This document shows positions 17,706 to 31,900 of a stretch of 41,130 nucleotides of DNA, one piece after another. The notes under the pieces are model-generated. The model worked only from the letters and a program-made list of their open reading frames with translations. It did not search any database and was not told the DNA's origin. Within the stretch, counting starts at the first letter, position 1, and each line of letters opens with the position of its first letter. Both the position numbers and the translations under genes were made by a program. This DNA comes from Collodictyon triciliatum (taxonomy: Eukaryota), in assembly GCA_043381765.1 (NCBI GenBank), contig JBHJMP010000862.1, positions 1-41,130 of the forward strand, in the 5' to 3' direction.

Positions 17706-18580
17706 CTAATATCGAGGCCAGGTGCGACTGACCTCCACGATAAGGTCTAGAGCGGCTCGGATGGGGAGGTTCCTATTCTCTGGAACAAGGTTTTGCAAGT
17801 CTCCCTCTGCCATCAAAACATATTCACGCCCACCGACCTCATTTTAATTGCAGGTCTGAATCAACCTCTGGTTCGCCTTTTTAGTTTTTAGATAGACTTC
17901 AAGCTCCTCGATGTCCATATCCTTTACAGAACCCAACCTTGGAGTAGTCGGGAACTGGGGCCGGATTAGTGGTAATGTATTGAGCCCAGTCTCGACCTGT
18001 TGGGCAGTGGTGCAAGTCTTGTATGTTTCCTCACAGGACTAGTCTATCAGAGCTGCGAGATTAGAAGGGCAAATGGGAGGGAGGGAAAGCGTTTTACTAC
18101 TGGCCACAAAGGCTCCGACCTCGCCGCTATTCATTTCATCATATAGAGACTGATCACTCAGCACAGACCGGAGGGCCACGCCGTATGTGTAGATGTCGCT
18201 CAGTGGCTAATGCCCTCACCAATCTCGAAGGCCTCGGGCGTGTATGCAGAAAGATAAGACCCTGGATGATGTGCAGCCTGTAGTTGAGGGTCGATTCGTT
18301 GTCGAGTGCTTTTTATTATTATGATGAGTGTGCACATGTCTCTACCTTCTGCAAAATCCAGGACAAAGAGGATGTTTTTGTTGCGATACCCAAAGTGATA
18401 TTGTCTTCATGATTGGGTGCTTCAGTCAGAGCATCAATTCACCCTGCTTCTCGGCGTCTGTGTGCATGACAATTGCGTGCATCTCTGCGTTGGAAATAAA
18501 CTTCACGACGAAGAGGCCCTCCCTCGGCTATGCCTTGAAGACCAGTCCGAAGTTGCCCTTGCCGAAGAGGTTTTATTTCT
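17706..18580 (-). pseudogene. Disrupted TKL-type protein kinase with C-terminal SAM-like domain
   Basis: Minus-strand translation gives LFGKGNFGLVFKA*PREGLFVVKFI (P-loop/VAIK, ~18570-18500), ELML*LKHP, RLHIIQGLIFLH (~18280-18244), (Y)TPEAF, SDIYTYGVAL...LPPICPSNLAALID*, then SVKDMDIEELEVYLKTKKANQRLIQTCN*NEVGGREYVLMAEGDLQNLV (SAM-like). Multiple stops and frameshifts; HRD and DFG segments are missing. Confidence 0.85.
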
Positions 18581-18699
18581 AGCCAAAGTCCGTGGCCAGG
18601 CGGCTGATTAGTGCTGCGTTGGGTTGCTGTGAGATGTCGCTATGAGGTAGTTGTCAGGGGATGTTGAGCGACAGGTAAACGGGTCTAACTTGCTTGATG

Positions 18700-20000
18700 C
18701 TTCAGCTTTGCGGATTTCTTCAACCTCACAGACCACGGCTGCAGTGTCGACCTGATGGGAGCGTGTTGGTTGTACGCTATGGCGTGTGTGAAGCAGACTT
18801 TGCTGGCCGATGACAACCTTGAAAGAATGAAAAAGATGTAGTACAACGAGCTTTTCCCCTTTATTCGAATCACAATTCAGGAGGATGAAGCCATATACGA
18901 GTGGAAAGTTGCACGAGGTAGAGAAGACGCAAGAAAAAGAGAGTAGCGGCAGATGACGGGTCTGATACAAAGTTTGTGATGGTGAGTTGGCCAGGCGAGT
19001 GAACAACTGACTGATTGACCGGTCAATTAAGTTGCTGGTGCTGTATATACATGTTAAGGACTGAATATGCGATGGAATATATCTCGCAACACATTCTCAC
19101 CCCTACCTTTGCTTGCGGTCAGAGTAGCTATGAATGTGGGCGTCTTTCAATGACTTATCTAAGACACTGTATTGTATGATGTCCTCCAGCTCCTTCAGCC
19201 TCTTGAGATTCAGCAAAGTGCCTTTCATGTTGTAGATAAGGGTCGACAGCATAACTTGGTTCCACAACCTTACTTTCCGACGTCCGAGAGATGAAAGTCG
19301 CTCCACATCGATATTTTCGTCTTGATATCCTCAACCAGGCTTGTCTATTTGTTATCCGATTTTGGACCGAAGATGATACCAAGATACTTGAGTGGATGTG
19401 ACGGTGGCTTCCACACAATGTTCCTGGAAACATAATTCCATCTTGAAACCCAAAAGAATTCCATCTGTCTTGTCGTAGTTCATATCTATAGTCAATACTC
19501 GACTGTGATTTCACCCGCCAGCCCGCAAGTTACAGGTGTTTCCTTTCTTTATTATCAACCACACTGCCACCCCTGTAATTCCTTGCGGTAGGTCACCACG
19601 AGACATAATTCCATCCAGAAAAGCCACCAAAAATATTTGTATTCCAACATTATATTTAACTCAAGCTTTATGCAGGGCTGTATTCATACAGTAACTTTTT
19701 CGTCTTCCACAAATATTACTGAAAGACACAATTAGCTTGGAATGATTAAAATGCGCACAATCAAATCATATGCGTTCTTCGACACAAGGCGGAGGTGTTG
19801 TTGTCTGACCTGAAAGCCCGCACATAATCTGATGGCGGATTATGCAACTCTTCGCAATCTATATGTTGTAGGGACTGATAACAAACAGTTCAGGTGCAAA
19901 AAGAATGCTCCACGAGAAAAGTAACACAGATTTCCATACTTTTAATCTTGTCTATGTTCAACAACACATGATTTATTGGCCTGACTATGTTATCTTTATG
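18700..20000 (-). mobile_element. Degenerate non-LTR retrotransposon (L1/Tx1-like ORF2 reverse transcriptase and C-terminal region)
   Basis: Collinear motif remnants on the minus strand across frameshifts: RPINHVLLNIDKI (~19982-19945), KNAYDLI (~19770), MNYDKTDGILLG (~19480-19448), PLKYLGIIFG (~19395-19366), IKTKISMWSDFHLSDVGK, LWNQVMLSTLIYNM, TLTASKGRG..LRDI (~19125-19078), and a possible degenerate zinc knuckle NCDSNKGEKLVVLHLF (~18880-18830). Confidence 0.75.
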
Positions 20001-20745
20001 TTGCTATACACCGCGATTGAAAGGCGAATCCCATGCAAACCTTGAGCCAATAATCCTTTGGCTGCAACAACTCTGGCCGTAAAATCTAAAGGGACGACTT
20101 CAACAGATGCGACCATACCGCAATATAGAGGCAAACGATTCTCGGACCGGTGCCGAGATACTCGAGTTTTGCCCGTCCACGCCCAAACAAGTTGTTGAAC
20201 AAAACACATTCTCCTGAAGTAAAGGATGTCAGACGTTCCATCTCTGTGGCTGTTTGCAAGAAAAGAGCACGAAAGCGCGACAAATAAAAACAATAATAGC
20301 GGTTGGAGAGACAGCGGGGGGAAACTGCCGGATACAATCAGTGCCATGTTCCGCTTACTTTTTCCTCCAGTTATCGGATGAAATAGTTTGCATCACGACT
20401 TTAGTTCGAGTTGATGATATCTTAAGTGGCAAAAAAAAAAAAAAAAAAAAAGTAGGAAATATAAGACATAGTTATAATACACAAACTGTCGATGCCATTA
20501 GCAAAACTGAGATAAATAATTCCTTATGGCAATTGAAATGGAAAGTAACGATTTAAGTTTGTGTCCTTGATGTTAAAATGACAGCATCTCGTAAAAATCA
20601 GCTGCACCGCATATTGGACATAATAAAGATAGCTAGTTGAATTAGAAAAGGAAGATTCATTTTACTATTTATAAATAGGAAGGTATTGTGTTCCATGATA
20701 CGCGGGGGATGAGGCAGATAGACAGAGTAAAGTTCACACGATTTT

Positions 20746-21115
20746 CTATTCGCCAAGGAGTTTCTTCTCCTTGACATTTCGGTCAGAGAGGATGCTGATT
20801 GTGGACTGGACAAAGTTCATATATCTGCAGAAGTCAGCATTAGATAATCAGAGAAGAATCTTTTTGTAACTACTAACAATGGATATATGAATATGATAAT
20901 TTCTCAATAAAATAAAATATAATATACAGGATATCCACCAAATGTTTTTTTCTGGAAGGAATTAATGTATTGTATATTACGATTTCGAGGAGGATTGCAT
21001 TTCTTTTTGTTCGTCTCTGTCTTTCACGGCCTCCGTTCTCTAAGTCGTTTACTCATTTAAAAAATAGAATAGAATGATACAGAAAGGACCTTTGCTATCC
21101 TCCTATGTTGCCGAT

Positions 21116-21146
<31 letters not shown>

Positions 21147-23366
21147 ACAAAACAAAACAAAACAAAACAAAACAAAACAAAACAAAACAAAACAAAACAA
21201 AACAAAACAAAACAAAAAACAAAAACAAATGGATTTTTTTCTTATAGCGATAAATGAATCCGTACGCGGTTGCTAGCCATGATTGTCTGGTGCAAGAATA
21301 ACAACTTATCCAGTCGGTCATTTATCGTGCAATAATGTTCTCTCATCTACATGTGCGCATGATTAATGGAATAATTAATATTATATTTAAAAAATTTTTT
21401 AAAAAAAAGGCAATCAGAGTAAACAGTAAACTTGGATAGATTCAATTATATGTGAAGAATGGCATTTGAGCGACACTGTGAAATAAACAAACATCATGGT
21501 ATCTTTTCATGGCATGCCGCAGCTTCTCAAATCGAGGCTGACGGTTTTCCTCTTCCACGCCGCCTGATAAAAAAAAACAATAATTATTTGTCTCCTTAAA
21601 ATTTATATAGAATTGGCAAAGACAGAAAAAAAATATTCGGATCCAAAGGAACACTACGAGTATGAAATTAATGAACAGGTACGATTGTTTATGCCACAAA
21701 GTCAACATGCACAACACAAGATTGTTTGTCACTGACCAATCAGATTTCCATAGCCAAGTTTTGCTTTGGTGGTAAAGTCCAAGAAGGCAGGATGGGGCAT
21801 GACTTTTGGTGTGAGCGTTATGCGGTCGGTTTCCTACGACATGATTGACTTTAAAAAAGCAGGCATATTCTATACGATGCATGTTGTGCGTTCGTTTTTG
21901 AGTTTCTTCGGTTTCGAAACCCTCCTGTTCCTAACACAAACCTGTCTTTCTTCTGGAGGCTCTATACGAGGGAACAAGGAGAAAGCCAAAAAGTCTGTTG
22001 ATTTCTTCTGGTCGTCTTTGAGCTGGGCAGGATAAATAAACGAGCCATATGATGGTAAATAATCATGAAAAGCACGTTTAAAAGGATGAATTGCGTGTAA
22101 TAAATCTACTTGAAGCACGTTTAAACTCATTCATACACAATGCATGCACCTGCATAGAGTATCCGTATCCATATATCCCATAGGTGAATATGATTTCCAA
22201 GTGGATTTCCCCCACATTCTGGTGATTGCTAAGCAAATCAAAACTGCCCCGGATTGGACTCCACTAGAAAGTATAGTGGAATATTAACTTCAAAGATGCT
22301 ATTTGTGAAGCAACGGACCACAATCTCTGCCAGGATCAGTAACGCGCTTATCATGGGAAAGTATCCCACCTTAATCACATCGTGCAGATGGAAAGCAACA
22401 GAGGCAACCTCCTGATGCTCATGGGCACTGCTGGCATCAAAGGCAAACAACTGGAGATGAAGCAGATTGAAAGGATGCTTTGGATTCCTTAAAACCTATG
22501 ATCAACCACAGTGAGTGTAGAAATTGAATCCAAATGACAAGATAACGAAGGATAACTCGAGCACAATTAATTGCAAATGACTATGCATTGCATATGCATG
22601 TGAACGCGTCTTTGTAACAAAGATATAGTAATAGAATGGAGGGTGCTCACAGAGACTGGGAAATGCTTCACTTGGTTCCACACAACATGGCCAAATTGAT
22701 TCAAGACAACACGCGTGCGCTTTGAAAGATTTCGGACAGACATTCGCACGTAAGTATTTCCGTGGCTGAGGTTGGAGCCTTTCATAGTATAATAGAAAAC
22801 ATAAGACGCTCATAGGCGGTAACGAGACGAGTCTACATTCACAACAACTTCAGGAGAATGACAGTAAGTGCAAAGTATACACATTCAGTATATTTTAAGG
22901 CTGCGGTAATTTGAAGGAAAATGAAGTGGGGGGATGCCCTGGGAGAACTTTTCAAAAGAAAATATTCTTTTGAGTCACAATTAAAGAGAAAAATAAAATA
23001 AAAGTCTGGTAAAACAATCGCAAGGGTGAGGTCATTGTGTGCGGATAAACCTTCAATGTAGAGTTTGCGGGCCTCCTTCACAACGACCGTCACAACACCG
23101 TACTGCAAAACATTGTGAGCGAAAGTTGAAGAAAGATTCAAGAGTTAGAGAGCAGAAAAGAAAAGAAAAGAAAAGAAAAGAAAAGGAAAGAAAAACAACC
23201 CATGATTCAGGATAGCACGGAAGAGAGAACCAAAAAGTACCACAGAAGGATGAGTTTCGTCCTCAATCAGGAGCTTCCGAAGATTTGCCGAACCGAAAGA
23301 GTTGCTTCCGCTCTCTTCGCCCATCGCGCCTCTCCTTGAGCTCCTTCTTTGTTCTCCTACAGGCAT
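20746..23366 (-). CDS. C2CD6: C2CD6/ALS2CR11 (CatSper-tau)-like C2-domain protein; about 11 exons, start codon (23366 or ~23324) and last two exons tentative
   Basis: Exons 23366-23241, 23102-23051, 22778-22651, 22495-22370, 22263-22150, 22022-21942, 21833-21737, 21563-21493, 21346-21266, 21039-20981, 20824-20746. Spliced protein YGVVTVVVKEARKL..TYVRMSVRNLSKRTRV..VVWNQVKHFPVSVLRNPKHPFNLLHLQLFAFD..VASVAFHLHDVIK..GEIHLEIIFTYGIYGYGYSMQLK..SLFPRIEPPEERQETDRITLTPKVMPHPAFL follows the recalled C2CD6 pattern (..HLYEVIQ..LEVEFMFSYGNFGYGFSHQLK..SMF....PPPER..TPQTVEYPAFL). Confidence 0.75.
21118..21228. repeat. (AAAAC)n microsatellite in an intron of the C2CD6-like gene
   Basis: Directly visible. Confidence 0.95.
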
Positions 23367-24184
23367 TCATGCAAGGATCGAAGCTGGTCTTGGTTATCAA
23401 CATCATTGGTATCTTCGACTCTGCGCGCTGCTGCCTTCGCGGTGTCTCCGTTCGATGATCAAAGTACCGTCCAGGCTGATGATCACATCAAAGTCTTTGT
23501 TGTGATTAATCAGCGAAAAATCTGTGTTTTTGAGGCCGCATCACATTGCAACGGATGTGCTTATTTGGTATCATGAAGTGGAATATCGACGGTTATTGGC
23601 TTCTGGGTTTGTTGGGTTGCGTGTCCGCATGTGTAAAAATTGGAAGGAGGGGCGTGGATGCATCGCTCGTCTGTGTTTTGGGACAAGAAAAGAAAAGGCA
23701 GAAGAAAACACAAACATAAAACTCAGACATGAATAAACACAAGATAACTGGAAGATAGGCACATCGTGTATGAGATTCGAGAGGAGTGTGCGACAGTTGA
23801 TGTCTTTTCTTTTTCTTTTTTGTTCGTGAATACTTTTGTTTATTCAGTGCATTTCTGCGTTGTGATTTGATATCGAGTGCAAATAGCGAGGCACGAGGTT
23901 TTTGAAGTGGTGTAAGGCTGGGCATTCTATATGAATTCGAGAGAAAGGCAGGATAAAAAGAAATGGAGGAAAGAATAAAGAGGATGTGGCTTAGTACCTC
24001 TTTTTTAAATATGTTCTAAAGGTATCCACAACGCAAACGAGGCAAAGTCATATAGGGAAACTGTATGTCATGTTTTGTCTTCAGCATCCGTTGGATTGCA
24101 GTGAAGAGCAAAATAGGGCTCCGACGAGAATCGATGTGGCCGCAAAGAAAAAAAAAACAAGGATGCGCATCGTTGATGTGTTGT

Positions 24185-28327
<4,143 letters not shown>

Positions 28328-28971
28328 TTTCAAGACTACGGCTACGGTCTCTTTCTCGATATGTGAAAAGTGGGTAGTGGTGTTCTTGACTTGTCCGTAT
28401 TGTTTCCTCGACGCGCAGGTTTTCCCAAGAGGTTCTCTTGAAAGAAAAGAGGAAGAAAAAGGCACAGGGCAGATTACGCAAACAAGAAGAAAAAAAAATA
28501 AGAAAGAATTATTACGGCGGTTTGTAAAACCCGCTGATTTGTGTGAGCAGTGTGTGACAGTGCCAACTTCTTTCGGGGAAACATAAGGCCGAGTCCTTTT
28601 GAAACTGTACGATTCGCGCCGACGATCACACTGATCACGTTTGATCACGCTCCTTTTTTTATGCCTGATTTCTGATCTCGGCTTCGTGGCAGGTTATAAT
28701 CACGGCAGCGCGACATATATATCGGCACACAGAGAAGAATTATTGTTCTGGAAATTACTTTTGCCGATTCAATGAATACTATCTATTCTGGAAAATAAAT
28801 TAGAAGCTTTCAGAATGTCATTTTCCGTGCTTGCTTTGTGGTTTTCCAAGGCTGAATCATTACTTTTTTGTTTAGTGTTCACATTATTGGGCTACTTCAG
28901 GCGTGCTACTATCGGACAATGATTTTCATGCAGGGGTAGTTGCGTTGATTTTTATCTGAACTAATGTTTGT

Positions 28972-31900
28972 TTAAAGATTCGTAGCTGGGCAGAGAGACT
29001 GGATAGCACTTGGGATTCGGTGGTTGCGCATCAGCAGCTTTGTCGACATGGTTGCTGATATAGAATCCAGGATGATAGATCTATGCATTTTCGGTAAAGT
29101 AGATTCCAGTTAAACCGAAAGAAAATATGGCTGGTGAATACTTATGGGGAAAAATGGACAAAATAAATAATAATAGTTTATTTCCCGTAAGTATGAAGAA
29201 TAAATAGTAAATATTAGCCTCCCATTCTACAAAGTAAATGATAAGAAAAACAATAAAATTATTTTTTGTATTCAAGGTATGTTGATTTGGAATAGTTTTT
29301 CTTGAAAATTTCGAAACTTATTACTATTGTTATTATCGTTATGATTGTTATCACTATTAGATCATGTAGGTGAACACAACGTTTGATATGCTCTTACTGT
29401 CCGTTTTGAAGTCCAATATCAATAAAGCCTCTGGTAACCTGCTGAATTAGTGATTTCATACCTTCCAGATTTCTAACCTGTTTCTTGTTCACCGTTTCTA
29501 CAACTGAGTGGACTACATTACGGCTGCTTTGCCGGTGTTTGATGAAAGTTTGAATGAAATAGGCGACTATTTTATTGTTTAAAAAGAGAATACGATAATT
29601 ATTGAAAATGAGGTCGCACTAAATGATTTTTTTTTGGTTTCTTTTCAACAGTTTATTGAGAGAAAACAAGAGGTCGCACTAAATGATAAAATTAAAAGGT
29701 GAGTACTACCTATAGCCTCTATTTGCACTATCTAAGAAAACATGAGAGATAACCACCACCTAAAATGTTTCAATTTTGAGCCGAGCAAAACAAATGACTT
29801 AGTTGAGTTGAACCAGTCTAATACTATTTTCCCTCGAACATATGTATCGAGCATTTAGGGATGACAATTCAGGCATTAACATCACCATCATGTCAAAAAT
29901 CACCTCTTGATCTTCATACTCCAAAGTTCCCTCCAGGGCCATGGATACAAGTTTTCTAGGTGCATCTTGTATCCTTCATAATTTTCGGTTCGAGATAAAA
30001 ATTGATTAAGAATGTGCTCATTATTCAAAATTATATTGAAAATTATCTATTTTGAGAGTATATGGCAGTAAAGAGTAGGCCATATGAACCATATTTTCAA
30101 CTATAAGATATACATCCAGACACACTACCAATTTGATCCAAATGTATGCAAATATGGTTGGCTTAGTGGAACGAAGACGTAGCCTCCAAATACAAAGTAT
30201 CTGGCAAAAATGAATAAAAAAAATTATGCTGATGAGATTTGTCATACCACCCAATTGATTGTGATGAAGCTGCATCAAATAAGATCTAAATATGAGGGGA
30301 AACCTGGCCTCCTTGCCAAGCTTTGTGAAAATGTTTGTCCCATCAGTAAGATTTTGTGAAAAGCGAATATCAAACAAATGATATCGGCTTTGGCATATTT
30401 TCATAGTTTACAATTCATAATGAGCAGTATATTTCCTTCATGAGACGATAGATAACCTGGTGAATGGGGACTAATGCACACACCGGCTTGGCGTGGATGA
30501 GGATGTCTTTTTCCTTTATTACAAAATTGAGGATAAGGAAAGCCTACTCGAGGGCCATATTTCGGTGAATTGTATTTTCGTAATTTTGCAAATTTACACT
30601 AACGTTCCCAGTGCGAAGAACTCTCAATTTTATTATATCTCCGGGCAATTTCATTGATACGAGATGATCCATGAGAATCGTCTCTAATAGTAGAAAGTAA
30701 AAACATAGCTAATACTAAAGAATCTTGAATGGTGATGTATTTATTTTTGGTAATTTTATTTTTTTGCGTAAAAATTTACTATTTCGAAAGGGAATGCAGC
30801 CATCGTTGCTAATAGATACATCGTCAATTGACATTATAATATCTCCCTATAAATGGGTATTGATAAAGTAAGGTCAATTAATAGGCTAGCAATCTTTGAG
30901 ATAAATAGAACAAAAATAAGATCATTCAGTGCATCTTATTTTTCAATATGCTAAAAATGTTTTCTGTGCAATTTTTACATAGTTGTGATTAAAAAAATAA
31001 TTACTTTGAGAAGTGCGCCATGTGCGGATGATGTTGGCTGAACTCGGTTAACCAATACTCCAGTCTTTATATTCAGGAATAAAAACCAGCAATTATTTTT
31101 CAACTACTTATCCCAAACATGTTGTCCTTGACTACCTGAGTATTTCTCATTCCATAGTATTTTCGTATATATTGGTTATCCATGGCCTGACACAACAAGC
31201 CTAGAGCTGGAAGCTTGCTCACCGCCCCATATCTACGTAAGGAGCCCAAAAAATTTTAAATGGAAATATAAGCACAGAACTGGAAACATCAGTGCCAAAA
31301 TAATAATAGAAAATAAGTTGTTATATATATATATATATATATATATTCTTGCATCAATGCTTTTGTTCAAAGATAACCTTTCATATTCTACCAAAAACCG
31401 ACGAATAACAGGTGTGGGTATCTATGAAAAGACATTATTTACAAATTTAGATTCCAAGATTTTTACACTAATGGAAAAGTTGATGAAACCAAATCATGAG
31501 TTCATTATCTCATTGAGTATTCGGCTCTACCCCTTATGCTTTGAATCGAATAGAGTGAAAAAATTACAATGAAGTTAGAGTTTTCTTCTGACTGGTTGCT
31601 TTGGAATGCCAGCCCAACAACCTGTATTACAACCAGATATAAGATATCAGTTAACCATTCGATTATTCGTGTTATATTTTGTCTCTTATCTTTGAATGGA
31701 ATAAAGGGAAAAAATATTTTGTCTCTTATGTAATTCATTTAGATAATAAAATATACACTGAGAAATAATAATAAATTAAAAAAAGTACACATAACCATAT
31801 TATCATATGAATGTCAATAATGATAGAGAAAACTTACATTACCATACTGAAAAACAGGCCCCCCGCTGTTCCCTGGTCGAATTTTTGCGTTTGAGCGCAT

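Noticed and set aside
17706-18580. Kinase-SAM as a simple processed (retro) pseudogene, or as a gene using stop-codon reassignment
   Set aside because: No poly-A tail follows and intron-like signals lie directly downstream. The mix of TAG/TGA/TAA stops, frameshifts and a core deletion indicates decay, and the intact genes use the standard code.
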